64,000 nt of DNA from Octopus sinensis (Eukaryota), in the NCBI RefSeq assembly GCF_006345805.1, contig NC_042997.1, forward strand, positions 55,862,001 to 55,926,000, written 5' to 3'. The notes under the pieces were generated by a model, which was not told the DNA's origin, made no database searches, and saw only the letters and a program-made list of their open reading frames with translations. This document shows positions 39,959 through 54,592 of this stretch, piece after piece. The translations under genes were made by a program, and so were the position numbers. Position 1 is the stretch's first letter; each line of letters opens with the position of its first letter.

Positions 39959-41570
39959 TGTTCAGTGATAATAATATTTTCTACCCTAGGCACAAGGGCC
40001 GGAATTTTGGGGGAGGGGCCAGTGATAATAATGCGAAAAGAATGAATTCGAAGAAGGGTTGTGTGTCAATTGGGAAAAATGATGTCAGTCATTTTTATAT
40101 AAGCAAAAACTATTCGGTTAAATTTCGTTTTTGGATTTAGTTTGCAAGACTCTTTATATGAGTTCGTTTGTTGAAGCATATTCTGTTGTATCTGGGAAGA
40201 GTCATTTTCTTTTTGTGCCTAATAATGTAACACACTCACCGGTAAAATTTCCACTTATTTCCTATTTTTATATTCCTAAAATTTTCGTTGCGTCTTGCAA
40301 CCTTTTCAATAGTCTTGACTCTATTCGGTTAAAATCCCTCTATATGCTGAGTGAAGTGAATATCAAAGGCTTTTATCATCAACAATGACACTTCACAGTC
40401 GATTCCACAGGTATTGATGAAATTATGGAAATCGTGACGATGACAATAATTATGAAGATGACGCAGTTTACATACTAGTAACGATGTCCATAGCTAACAC
40501 AGTTAAAGGGTAAGATTAACTTACTGAAGGTGTAGAGCAGCCTGCGTTCGTTAGAGGACAAGAAACAGCGGCGATGTATAAACTTAATGAGGGATTTCTA
40601 TAACAAAAACCGTTGTTGATATGATAGATACCATTCGTATTCATTTCGAAAATATAAAATAATTCCCGTGTCATGTATTTCGGATAAAGATTTATCAGCC
40701 TACATGTGTGTGTGTACGCCTCTGTGTGTGGGGTGGTGTATGTGCAAGTATCTGGATGGGAGACAGTGTGGGCGCTAAGAACTGTGGGGGGAAATATAAT
40801 TAGAAACAAATAGGTGGAAATCATAAACAGTTTTATTGTAGGTTTCCTGTTTAATCACTGCTATTAAATTACTATAAAAATTGCGTCTACTTTACTTCTA
40901 TATGCTTGTATATGTCTGTCTGTGTGGGGGCGCTGGGTGTTTATGCGCATGTAAGTATTTATATCTCTATTGTAGAACAAGTATGTGAATATCCTGTTTT
41001 TATTTGGCAGACGTTCCTAATAATTCCCTTTACATCACAGGTTTTTATTTTCCTCTTCCTTTCCTACTCTCGACTCTTGACTATTTTGTTACTGTTCTTA
41101 TTTATACCTTATTTGTTATGTTTATTTCTTTGTGAACTACGTTGTTTGTTTGTTTTTTTTTAGTTTTAGTTTAGTATAGTTTTGTTTTGTTTTTTGGGGG
41201 TTTTTTTTCTTGTCTCATTCAACTCAGCATCACCAATGATAACCAGTTTGCTCTAGGCATTGAACGTGTCTTATCAATACATGTATTTGCCTTCAGAAAG
41301 ACTACTGCAAGCTGCGTTTCCATGTTGAAATATTGTTCACAATATTGATTTTGTTGTAATTCCAAGGGTATACAAGAAGTGATAAAAATGTCGCTTGCAA
41401 TCGATCTGTAATCTAACGATTGCTATCATAGCAAATAAGGTAGCGAATTATTGTTCTAAGTACGTTCCATATGTGTTAAATATTTTGTGTTAGAAAGTGA
41501 AACGCCATAAAAGTAATAAAGTAAATTATGATTAGCATGATGAAGAGGAGGAGCAAGTGCAGGAGATGTC

Positions 41571-41609
<39 letters not shown>

Positions 41610-41612
<3 letters not shown>

Positions 41613-42295
41613 GGTTTCAAATTTTGCCACAAGGGCAGCATTTTGGGGGAGAGGGGGATTTGATTACATCAACCCAATGTTCAACTGGTACTTATTTTAT
41701 CGACCCCGAAAGGATGAAAGGTAAAGTCGACCTCGGTGGAATTTGAACTGAGAAACTAGCGACGGGCGAAATGCCGCTAAGCATTTCGTCCAGCGCGCTA
41801 ATGATTCTGCCAGCTCACCGCCTTAAATAATAACAATAATAAAAAATATAATCCTTTCTACTATAGGCACAAGACCTGAAATTGTGGAAGATGGGGGCAG
41901 TTCGATTACATCGACCCCAGTGCGTGACTGGTTGTTATTTCATTGACCCCGAAAAGATGGAAGGCAAAGTCGACCTCGGGGACATTTGAACTCAGAACTC
42001 GGCGTCAGAAGAAATCCTGTTAGGCATTTTATCCGCGCGGTTATGATTCTACTAGCTCCTAAAAATGATAATTCATTCTAATTTTTGCCCCAAGGCCATC
42101 AATTTCGAGGCGGAAGTATTAGTTGATACCATATACTTCAGTACGTGTTTATGGCACTGGAATTTATGTACCATAGACTGGTATATAGACTGGTATTTTA
42201 TTTTATCGACTCCGAGGGCTGAAAGACAAAGTTGGCTTCGGTGAGATTTGAACTCACAATGTAAAGAGCTAGAACAAATACCATAAAGTATTTTT
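41610..42295 (-). mobile_element. Cluster of three same-orientation family A SINE copies
   Basis: Copies at about 41610-41825, 41850-42060 and 42078-42295, separated by short AAT-rich spacers. Confidence 0.82.
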
Positions 42296-43064
42296 TGTGA
42301 AACTAAGCGCCACCCGACCAATGGAACACATCCTTTCCACAAGAATCGAAAGAACAGACTCTCCTATCTGATCAGATAATAACTGGGACAAGACACGACG
42401 TTCACGTGGTAATAAACAAGGAAACAGAGCAAACAGATGATAAAAATAATGTATTTGCCATCACTCCTCGGTCTTTCAAGGATAGGTTCCTCTCAGCGGC
42501 TTCTAGAATTGTGGCGGCTCTTCTTGTTGCTGTCGGATATAATTTTGTGGTAGTCGTAGCTTTACTTTTATTGCTACTGTTGATTTTGTGGTTGTTGCTG
42601 TTTCTGCTGCTGTTGTTTTATCTGATATTCTTTTTAGTACTGTTGTTATTGTTGTGCTGCTGTTGTATGTGTAGCATTAAGCGGTATATTCGCTTTTGTC
42701 TTTTACTGCAGGCAGAAGGCTTTGATATGAATTGTGGAACCACATGTCTAGTAAATAAGCCTTCTCCCTTCGACCGCCATAAGCAGTTGCATGCTGTTTG
42801 GCAGCTTGATCTTGTCGAGAAAGGTTGCACGCCTTTCCTAGTCGGTTTCGATCAAGAGCACCATATCTATTTTCAACTAGTTTTCTAGTCGCAATTCCTC
42901 GACCTTCAGGATAGTCATTAAATTTTAAGAATGAATCAAAATCTTGAAAGAACAAACGTGTAATAAAATAGTCACAAATTTACTGAGACAAAAAAGAAGA
43001 AGAAGAAGAAGAAGAAGAAGAAGAAACAAGGTTAAATGACATAGAATATCATTAGAGAAATATA

Positions 43065-43765
43065 TACTGCGATATTGGGCTTAGAAATTGTGTTATACTA
43101 GTAAAAGAAAGAATAATATCAGCTGCTAGAGATGTCCAAAGGTTTATTGAAACAGTAGAATTCCCGAACAGAAGAACGACCCGCAGGGCAAACATATGGT
43201 AAAAATGGAATGACATGGCCAACTCATGCAACAAACCGAGGATGTTGGAAGTAAAGAACGGGCGGAACTTGAAACGAGAGACCGAAACACTAGTTATAGC
43301 CGCTCAGGAACAAGCCATTAAGGGCGAATCTGATAAAGACAAAGATCGACAGATCTCAGTTGGAGAGCAAAGTGAATGCAGTAAGCTAGCACAAAAAGGC
43401 TGTGTAGGTAATAGAGTGAATTAGGATATTGTTAGTAGATTGTGTGACTTCGAAATAACAGAAAAGTGATATAAGCATGAACCAGAGGCTGTGATAGAGA
43501 ATAAGAATTACAGGATTTTCCGGAACTTCCCCTTAAAGGCTGACCATACTATTGAAACAAGAAGACCAAATATTACTATAGAAGACAAAAAAAAAACTTT
43601 GTAAGATCATCGACCTTGCAATACCATATAACAGAGTGAATACCAAAGAAATTGAAAAAATTGGAGAAATGACAGACGTAGCTAAAGAGATGGAGAGATT
43701 GTGGAAGACAAAAACAACAATATTTCTGTGGTAATCAGTGCACTTGGCACAACACTCAAACTACT
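43065..43765 (+). mobile_element. Dong/R4 LINE 3' fragment, heavily degraded
   Basis: LKRETETLVIAAQEQAI, SECSKLAQK, YKHEPEAVIENKNY, TRRPNI...IIDLAIP. Confidence 0.8.
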
Positions 43766-43815
43766 ACTTACTCTCTCTTCTCCTAGGCCAATAAAAGAAA
43801 GGTATGCTATTGAAC

Positions 43816-44074
43816 GGAGGCGCGTGGCTTAGTGGCTAGGATGTCAGCATCATGATCGTAAGATTGCGGTTTCGATTCCTGGACCGGGCGACGAGTTGTG
43901 TTATTGAGTAAAACACTTCATTTCACGTTGCTCCAGTCCATTCTGCTGAAAAAAAATGAGTAATGCTGTGATGGACTGGCGTCCCGTTCAGCTGGGGAAC
44001 ACATACACCATAGAAACCGGGAAACCGGGCCCATGAACCTGGCTAAGCTTTAAAAGGGCGGATTTATTTTTTAT
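43816..44074 (+). mobile_element. SINE head C + tail 2, full length
   Basis: 13-bp TSD tatgctattgaac at 43803-43815 and 44075-44087. Confidence 0.92.
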
Positions 44075-44104
44075 TATGCTATTGAACGTTTTTTTTATTA
44101 TTAT

Positions 44105-44539
44105 TATTATTACTTATTTTTTCTTCTTTCAAATTTTCTTCCATTTCTTGCCGAGTGTCTTCCCGACTCCTAGGGCAAAGAAACTCATAGTGTATATTGG
44201 TAGGCCATTAAACCAAACTCAGTAGTTCGTTATTTTTATTTATTTTTTTTTTTAAGTTAAATTAAAATGCATGAGCAGCAACAGTTCTCACATCGACAAT
44301 GCTCTTCTCAATACGTGTGATGTACCAGTTAAGACAATCTTTTGCACTTCTTGCAGGGATGGTAAGCCAGGGATCATTCTCATATAATTTTCGGTTCCCT
44401 TCTTGATCATTCCTAGTGCTCCTACGATCACTGGTATTGTAACCGCCTTGAGATGCCACATTTTCTCAATTTCAATGAGTAGGTCTTTATATTTTCTGAG
44501 CTTGTCAAACTCTTTCGCTGAGATATTATGATCACAGGG

Positions 44540-44540
<1 letters not shown>
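44105..44540 (-). mobile_element. Dong/R4 LINE 3' end (REL C-terminus plus 3' UTR), well preserved, between (TAA)n tracts
   Basis: PCDHNISAKEFDKLRKYKDLLIEIEKMWHLKAVTIPVIVGALGMI...QKIVLTGTSHVLRRALSM-stop. Confidence 0.88.
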
Positions 44541-44613
<73 letters not shown>

Positions 44614-44619
44614 ATTATT

Positions 44620-45873
44620 ATTATGTGTGACTTCGGTTTACCAGTAGTTCTATTTTCTGACTGGAATAGTATTTCAAACTATTCTTTTATTTCTAGCAGT
44701 GAACTCTGGTTTGATATTGGTTTGACTTTTCAATAATACTCATTTCTGATGCTCTCCTTTATTTTTATCGATTATATTTACTTGTATGCCTAGTTATATT
44801 CTGATTATCTCATTGCAGTGTCCGAATATAGCTTAATGTTTTCAGTTTCAATTAATTTACATCTTAGAGTAGCTTTGTTGTATTTATCTAAATCTGTATT
44901 CATTCTGGTTTACAGATTAATTCTTGCACATGTTCTCTAGATTCTCCAAGTAAGAATTATCTCTTGGAAAATGTCTTAAACTTCTGTATAAAAAATATAG
45001 TTTATAATTTGCGCAAAAGCATTTGTGGTTTCATTTAAACAGCTAATTGTGTCAAACCTAGGGGGAAGTGCAATGAAAATAAAAGGAAATTTTTTCTAAA
45101 TGGTATATAGCTATATTTATATATTATCTTCGTTTTACATGGACTAATAGTGTTATATTATTTATATAAAATGTTTCTAATATGTATATCCATAAATGTG
45201 ATATGCTGGAGAATACTTCTCTGAAATTAATCCATGCCATGCTAGGATTTTTTCTTTCTCTTCTTGCAGTCTTTAATAATTACTAGGTTCCCCAATTGCT
45301 GTATTTCATACCAAACACATCGTTCCGACTTCCCTTCTGCTCATCTGGTATAATATTATTTTCCAAATGAACACAGCCAACCTGCTCGACATTATAGATG
45401 TAAAGACTTTGTATACTGTTGGTAAGCAGGTTATTGGTCTGCAGGTTTGGGTTTCCCAGTTGCTTTTGGTTGGGGAATCAATATTGTTTGTTTTGTGTTT
45501 TGTTTTGTTGCCTTTTGGTAACCAGCTGGATGTTAATACTGGTCTGCTTAGTAAATCAATAAATGAATGCTAATGACACATATTCATGAATATATGGAAC
45601 CAGCATTCAATGAATTACTAAACAGATATTTCGTCAGGATTTGCTGACTTCGACAATTCCGTGAGGTTTTCAGTTGCTAGCAGTCTTCATTGTGTTGATG
45701 AAATTCCCTGCTAGTTATGCTGGGCCATGCTTCTGGTATTATTACATATATCTTCTCCTTACCTTCTAATCTATTGTGCGCTTTGTGATGAATGTTTTCC
45801 TTCCGTATCTTCTCCGATTATATATTCATATGCGTTGATGCTGGTGTTATATATACATACATACATACATATA

Positions 45874-45936
<63 letters not shown>

Positions 45937-45958
45937 CATGTATATGTATACACATACC

Positions 45959-46027
<69 letters not shown>

Positions 46028-46036
46028 ACACACGCA

Positions 46037-46074
<38 letters not shown>

Positions 46075-47350
46075 TTGTTCTTTGTTCTTTGTTGATGACT
46101 CCGTAGAATATTTTGGTTTTTGTTTCAAATGTCTTATTCTCATGAAAGAAGTACTGGCTGTCTTTAAAGTGTCTTTTCCAGCCTGACTTTGCTAAGATTG
46201 TTGGTTTCATTTCTTTCTTTTCTCTTTTCCTTCGCAAGATTTCTTTTGTATTAATGTTAGATTTTCTAAACAGCTATAGTGTTTTTCTTTTTTTTTTTCC
46301 TACATAACCCCGCGTTCTATTTCCCTAAGTATAGATAATTCATTTTTTCTTTTTCCAATTTTATATATTTTCTTTCCGTTGCTTATTTGGTGGATTTAAG
46401 TGAAGAGTTTCTTACTCTATTAGGGTCGAGCTCAAATTCCCTCGACACTCCCGTGGCTACTGAATAGGCTGGATCATTTAGCTTGTTTATGTTCAGGTTT
46501 GTTTCTTTAGAAAAGAACGTCTTGAGAGGGTGGCTTATTGTTTTTAGTTGTTACTTTATGGATGTAGCTTGGGCAAAGATTTCCGTTGATCCATGTTTAT
46601 TGACATAATTATGTTTACATTTTCTATATCATTTATCGTTTTTGATAGATTTCCTTCGTTAATCCGCTGTATTGTTCTTATCTGTTTATTGTAACGTGTG
46701 CGATCGAAAGTATGTTTTTGAGGTTGGCCATTTTGGTTGGTTGTATCCCTGGGGACTTTTGTGGTCTTCATCTTTGTTTGGGGGTCGTTGTTTCATTTTT
46801 TATGCCTGTTTTTATTTTACTCTGACACCTAATTTCCTATGTATACAATTCTGTTTTGAGTTGTGGATTTTTTTGTCTTAGATGTGTAGTCATTTCAGTT
46901 GATTTATGTTCCTGTTTTTTTCTGTTGAAGGGACTTAACATATTTTGTCTGAAGTAGTTTCTGCTATACTACTTTCCTTAGTTTGATAAAGTTTTTTCTT
47001 TTGTGTGGGGTGGGGTGATCTGCTGTTCTGCTTTTCGTTTTGCAAAATTTTATTATTTTGGGCCGTTGTATTTCTCTTCATAAGATCATTTTTACTGTTA
47101 ATACAAATCTCTATACAATTACAAAGTTGCTTCGACTTATTTTGTCGCAAGCCTCTACCCTTTTCTTCTCTGTGCATTGCACGTCGCTTTTATAGTAGTT
47201 GTGTGTATTGGTAGTAATGTGGCTATGTAACACTGTAAAGGTACTGTAGCTTTTTCATTAGCTTTTTTTTTTTAATTTTGGTGGATGCCAACAATAGGAA
47301 GCGGACCTCTGTGTGTGGTGGTGAGTTAAACTTGTGAGAAAACACTGCTT
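44620..47350 (-). mobile_element. Old Dong/R4 LINE body interrupted by microsatellite/TA-associated insertions at about 45570-46090
   Basis: CRPITCLPTVYKVFTS, PDEQKGSR, SMAWINF and, upstream, [13 protein letters not shown]; many stops. The upstream boundary is approximate. Confidence 0.65.
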
Positions 47351-47716
47351 CAGGCGTTTTTAATTAGGTTGATAACAAAGTTACATTAATCACGTATTGT
47401 AGCACGCATCTCAAATGCTCCGTTCAGTACTACTGTGGTGCTGCTCAGTACTCCACTTTCCGTCTAAATATTGTTTGTTGGTCAAGACAATGTACTGGAG
47501 TGTAAACGAGAATCCCATTTCCCTTCTTGAGGTCACCAGGCACGAATTGGAAGGATCCAGTCCATGATTAGATTCATTGAAGTGTCAGATGCATTGACAA
47601 TTAAAACTAGTGAACGGCAAAGTATGGTACTCTAACAGCCACATAACATTACATCGTATGATTTACTTGACGGCTTCAATATACAATATACATTAAACAT
47701 AACTGTATGTTAAGAA

Positions 47717-48070
47717 CAATGGTTCTCAAACTTATTCGGACTGCCACCCCACTTGGTTCCCATGTCACATTCCTAGCGTCCAACCATCACCGCCAAATCA
47801 CCAGAAAAATACATTTCTTTCAACTACAAATTCAAAACAACTGTATTTCACAATTTCAATATCTTAACCTAGTTAAGCCATTATTCTTTTACAATCTGAA
47901 AGAGCAAAACTACATCTCACTCGTAACTACGTTGTTTTCATATTTTTACTACGATAGATCCCCGAGTTCAAGTATTTTCCGTTTGGTTTTACTTTACTGA
48001 GCTGTACTGAAACCCTGCTCTTCTGAATAATCCGCCCACTGGGCCCCCAGACTATGACGGGGAAACTACT
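47717..48070. mobile_element. Possible degraded hAT MITE
   Basis: Left end caatggttctcaaactt resembles a Charlie-type TIR; the right end matches only weakly. Confidence 0.3.
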
Positions 48071-48781
48071 TCCGGATCGACAAATAGGAAGCATAGCAAG
48101 TATATAGAACAAAGTGTCAAGAAAAACAATGCCAGCCAAAATTAAAAGCACCCGCTGTAGCTACATTGGGATAATAACAAAAATAGTAATATCGCCAACA
48201 CGTTAACAGTCACGGAAAGTGAGATCAGCAGATCCACAAATGCAACTAAATCTAATAAATGTCCGTTTAGAAAAGAAACAAAATGCTTAAGGTGAGAAAA
48301 ATACCAACTTGAGTTTCTCAATAAGTATTGCTCCCCGTGGATGAAAACGCAAGAACCAACGTCTATCAACACAGGTAGCCCTAACCTTGGCATTGATGCT
48401 TTCTACAGACTATCGGTTGTTTCATTACACATTCGAAAAATACCCATCCACAATTTCAGTATTTATGCCTGTATTTATGACTTTACGACTGCTACACGTA
48501 TCCCAGCCAGACCCAGTGGACCGTATCACAGAATCTGTAACTCCTCAGCAAGCGGAGTTGTATCACTAGCCAGTAATAGGCACTGATTTTATTAATAACT
48601 ACTTAATTCTGTGTGCGAGCCTATGTGCACCAAACCATGCGCGTGTGCTTGTATGTGTGCGTGCATGTATGTATATGAGCGAGTGTACTCGAATGTGTGT
48701 TTGTAAGAGCGAGTACACTCGAATGTTCATACGCCAGATCAGGTATGTGAAGGAGTTTGTACATCCATATCTACTACATAT

Positions 48782-49036
48782 CTTCTGCCGGAGCCGCATG
48801 GAGCTTGGATGTTTCGCTCATAAACACACCCATCACCCGGTCTGAGATTCGAACCCACGACCCCTCGACTGCGAGTCCGCTGCTATAACCACTAGGCGAT
48901 GTGCCTCCACCATCACCATAACTGGGAACACAACACTTCAACAAAGGACAAAGTCACATTGTGTGGTGCTAAAGAAGCGCGGCTATTTCTAACACTAGGC
49001 ATCTGTAGGTTTGAAACTACAGATGTGACGGTACTT
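48782..49036. repeat. 255-bp direct duplicate of 50996-51250 (SINE B head plus unique flank)
   Basis: Near-identical sequence (only a few substitutions) from cttctgccggagcc to gtgacggtactt, offset 2214 bp. Confidence 0.93.
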
Positions 49037-49225
49037 TCTGCATCTGATTTTTGTCATGGATCTTCTATAAGAAAGAAGCCGCATACCTTAATTTGCCTTT
49101 TCTATATACAAAGAACAAGAAGAAATCTTGCAAAACAGAGTTTATCTTAACGAGATACCTCTTGAAATCATCTGAGGTAACACATCTACACCGAGAGATA
49201 CGCCTAAACCAGATGTTCAGTATCC

Positions 49226-49269
49226 CACCCGCGAAGGATCGATGCTAGTGGGTCGAAACAGATGTAGTG
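49226..49269 (+). ncRNA. Degenerate hammerhead-like motif followed by AATAAA (Penelope-like 3' end?)
   Basis: cac...gatc loop ggtc-GAAAC agat GTA-gtg; the CUGANGA box is mutated. Confidence 0.3.
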
Positions 49270-49399
49270 ATCAATAAAGATTCTCGTTTCTTCCATCTTC
49301 TGTCTCTCCCATTAACCAGATTCCAGCAATGGAACTTTGTTCCTTTGTCAGAGACCAGCTCCTTTCTTTGAAAAAGGTAGTAATAAATTAAAAAGAAGA

Positions 49400-50475
<1,076 letters not shown>

Positions 50476-50825
50476 GTCTGATTGATTGTCCATAAAAATT
50501 TACGAAGGCTTAGCAGGTGCTACAAATTAAAGAAAATACAGCAACAAATTTAAAATTTAGAACGAAATAAAAGAAAGAACATAGAAGCGAAAAATATATC
50601 TTCGACTACAAATTCCCTAATCAGAGGACGCATCCATACAGGAGGTGACAGGAGATTTACAATTCCCTCCGCCTTTATGCGCCATCCGTGTACCTAGATT
50701 TATAGAAATGATTGTAATCCAATGTGGATTTGTGTGATATCTTGACCGTCGTAAAAAAGGACCCACAGTCTATGCTTTCAAGGTACTTCAACCATCAGTA
50801 ATTAATGAAGACTATCACCATAACT

Positions 50826-51125
50826 TGTTCCTTCTCGAGCCATCCATGGCTCATAAGAGCCGGTTTCCCGGTTTCCTTGGCGTATAGGTTCCCCACCTGG
50901 ACGGGACGCCGGTCTGTTGCAGATGAGCTGCAAGATGCGGGAGGAAAGAGTGGGAGAAAGTTGTGGCGAAGGATTCAGCAGAAGTTCGCCATTACCTTCT
51001 GCCGGAGCCGCATGGAGCTTGGACGTTTCGCTCATAAACACACACATCGCCCGGTCTGAAATTCGAACCCACGACCCCTCGACTGCGAGTCCGCTGCTAT
51101 AACCACTAGGCCATGTGCCTCCACC
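50826..51125 (-). mobile_element. SINE head B + tail 2 variant, full length
   Basis: Head ggaggcacatggcctagtggtt...ctttcgccacaactttctc joined to ggcgtcccgtccaggtggggaac...gaaaccgggaaaccgg; 12-bp TSD atcaccataact at 50814-50825 and 51126-51137. Confidence 0.92.
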
Positions 51126-51917
51126 ATCACCATAACTGGGAACACAACACTTCAACAGAGGACAAAGTCACATTGTGTGGTGCTAAAGAAGCGCGGCTAT
51201 TTCTAACACTAGGCATCTGTAGGTTTGAAACTACAGATGTGACGGTACTTCACAGTTATAATGGTCCGCCCGAACAACAATACTTGGATCTTAGTTGAAG
51301 GTCTGTCACTGTTATGTCCCACACCCTTAGCTATTGGTGAAAAAATTCTCGACTAGCGCAAGGGCTTTTTTATTTGAGAAGAATCTGCACATGAACCAAA
51401 CGCACTTCCTCATCTCACGCAATGTAGTCAACGGCAAAATAAAGTCACGATAACCCGGCTGGTATGAATACAGGAGATTGCCAAATGTGGTTGAAAGGAA
51501 CTCCAGACCTCGCAATACCCTCTAACTTGGTATGTGTACATGCCATAACAGCATACCAGATGTTTGTTCTGCATCATAGGTTCTAGTCCAGCTTCACAGT
51601 ATGTTATCACCGCATCATTTTCCCCCGTTGAACTACAACAAACAATTTCAAAGCTGTGGAGATCAATGTTATTTATTTCCTTCCTTACTTCTTTTGAATG
51701 AAATGCGAATATGCCACAAAACATATGCACATATAAAGAATGACCACTGACTCCTTTGAGTTTATTCCGCCTTGACAGGTCGCTTGAGAGTTTCACAGGT
51801 AACATGTAACTCAGCACAACTTGCTGTGTAATAAGATCGTCAATGACTGAACTGGCAACATCAGACTATACGACCCCAGTCATCCCTGATGATCTGGTGT
51901 CATACAACAAAAAATAA

Positions 51918-52171
51918 TTAATAAATGCGCCCTTTTAAAGCCTAGCCCGACTCATGGGCCCGGTTTCCCGGTTTCAATGGCGTATGCGTTCCCCAGCTGG
52001 ACGGGATGCTAGTCCATCGCAGCGTTACTCATTTTTGCCAGCTGAGTGGACTGCAACAACGTGAAAGGAAGTGTTTTGCTCAAGAAGACAACGCGTCGCC
52101 CGGTCCAGGAATTGAAACCACAATCTTACGATCATGAGGCTGATACCCTAACCACTAAGCCACGCGCCTCC
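51918..52171 (-). mobile_element. SINE head C + tail 2, full length
   Basis: Reverse complement matches 43816-44074. Confidence 0.9.
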
Positions 52172-52202
52172 ACTGTCATGCAACAACTGCATCAATACTA
52201 TA

Positions 52203-52585
52203 TACTCTTTACTCTTTACTCTTTTACTTGTTTCAGTCATTTGACTGCGGCCATGTTGGGGCACCGCCTTTAATCGAGCAACTCGACCCCGGGTCTTATT
52301 CTTTGTAAGCCCAGTACTTATGCTATCGGTCTCTTTTGCCGAACCTCTATGTGACGGGGACATAAACACACCAGCATCGGTTGTCAAGCAATGCTAGGGG
52401 AACAAACACAGACACACAAACACACACACGCATATATATATATACATATATACGACGGGCTTCTTTCAGTTTCCGTCTACCAAATCCACTCACAAGGCTT
52501 TGTGAGTAGAAGACACTTGCCCAAGGTGCCACGCAGTGGGACTGAACCCGGAACCATGTGGTTGGTAAACAAGCTACTTACCACA
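52203..52585 (-). mobile_element. SINE family E (tRNA-like head, CORE-like ggcaccttgggcaagtgtctt, internal TA/TG tract)
   Basis: gtggtaagtagcttg...ccgggttcagtccc...gtagacggaaactgaaagaagcccg...gcagtcaaatgactgaaacaagtaaaagag. Confidence 0.88.
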
Positions 52586-53589
52586 AACCTTCACGTTATG
52601 ATCATGTAATCTAATGGCTCAAATTACAATTCGATTTTTGTAATATTTAGTCAGGTTCTAATTTCTGCAGGTACGATGCCACACAGTACAACTTGTCTCA
52701 TGGTTGAGTGGTTCGACGGCCAAATTGAACAGTTTACTAGATGCAGAATATATTTTGGCACTTAGTAGGGCTTAAAATAAAACCTATCTAAAAGCCTCTC
52801 ACAGATAAGCCAACAACTTATCATACCACTACAAGATTATCTTGTTTACACTCATGTTGCTGGTGGCCTCTTTAGACGACAGATTTTGTGTGGAGGGAGG
52901 AAAATATTATTATTATATTCGTTTCCATCATACATTATTATTCATTTCCTCATTACGTGAGGTTTATTGTCATCCCAAAAGAATACATACAGTAAGATCG
53001 AAACGCAATCCATAATTATAATTTATAATTTATTGTTCATGATAAATTAATAAGAATCGAATACTTAAAATCATATCATCTATTTTTATTAGAATCCTAT
53101 TTGCTAGAATTTATAAACAAGGATTAAATTGAAACATAATACTTTTTAAACTTATGTAAATTTATTGATTAATAAAATTTATATATTGGTGTGTGCGTCT
53201 AGTGAATAAATATACATAAAAAACTATTAAACTTTAATCGAAGAAGCATTCACTGCATACATGTAGAGTATCGAATATATTTTCACAAGGAAAACGGTAA
53301 CGGTGACATCAAGATTCACCGGTGGTTGTATTGCACGCGCACTCGGTGCGTGTGTGTGAGCGTGCATGCATGTGTATGTGTATGTATGCGCTTGTGTATG
53401 TGGGTGTGTGCGTGCATGTGTGTGTATAAGTGTGTGTATGTGTGTGCACGCGTGCATGTGTGTGCGCGCGCGTTTGTGTATGAGTGCGTGTGTAAGTTTT
53501 ATACGTAATCCAGTCTATAGTATCAGTGAAAATATACTTTTAAGATTCTAAAACATGTCATGGTTACCTCTGAGTTGTTTAAAAAATAT

Positions 53590-53651
53590 TTATCTTCTGT
53601 AGTTAGCGTGTGTGTGTGTGTGTGTGTGTGTGAGTGTGTGTGTGTATGTGT

Positions 53652-53740
<89 letters not shown>

Positions 53741-53935
53741 GTGTGTATGTATATATTTTTAAAACCCAAAAATGACTTTGAGAAAAGTAATTCAAATGTT
53801 TTTTTTTTCTGTTACTTGAAGTCACAGTCACCATTTTTCGTGAAATAAATACTATACTATACAGTAGCCTTTGTGCAAATTTATACATAAAACGTACACA
53901 ACAATATATGTTAATCTGTGGGTGTGAATGGATAC

Positions 53936-53987
<52 letters not shown>

Positions 53988-54075
53988 CTTCTTCCCTTTT
54001 TTCCTGAGCGCCCAATAATACTTTATTTGTTCCACATCCTCGCGTTGTTGTCTTTTTGTATTCTTGTTTGGATTA

Positions 54076-54134
<59 letters not shown>

Positions 54135-54176
54135 ATATGTATATATAACTCTAAATATCCATGTATGAGTGCGTGT

Positions 54177-54209
<33 letters not shown>

Positions 54210-54505
54210 CATACATATTAAAGTAATAAAGTTAATATCCAGTCATAGAGTGACCAATGATTTCGCATCCACAAGGATCTTAGCCTCGTGGACGCCTCCC
54301 CAGACTCTAAGGCCGAAGGCAAATGTAACTCTTCACCTCTGGGAGGCAGGAATCCGTTACGGTCATTTGATCAGTTGGTCATCAAAGAACAAATAGTAAG
54401 GTGTCAGTGAGAACGGATTATTCCCTTAGACCAATTGTTTGCGGGCTGGGAAAGGGGTGGGGACTATAGACTTATCCCTTGGGCTATACGAACAGACAGA
54501 CAGAC

Positions 54506-54580
<75 letters not shown>
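53590..54580. repeat. (GT)n, (TA)n, (CA)n and (GATA)n microsatellite blocks
   Basis: Direct reading. Confidence 0.88.

Positions 54581-54592
<12 letters not shown>

Noticed and set aside
40411-40509. 99-bp exon-like segment (ccacAG ... AAGG/gtaaga)
   Set aside because: There are stop codons in all three frames.
49000-49030. Helitron 3' end (hairpin followed by CTAG on the minus strand)
   Set aside because: The hairpin lies only 1 nt from CTAG rather than about 10 nt, no TC 5' end is evident, and the duplication is better explained by microhomology-mediated copying.
51428-51817. 129-aa minus-strand ORF as a host exon
   Set aside because: No convincing splice context; the Cys pattern weakly suggests a decayed LINE C-terminus, which is too weak to annotate.
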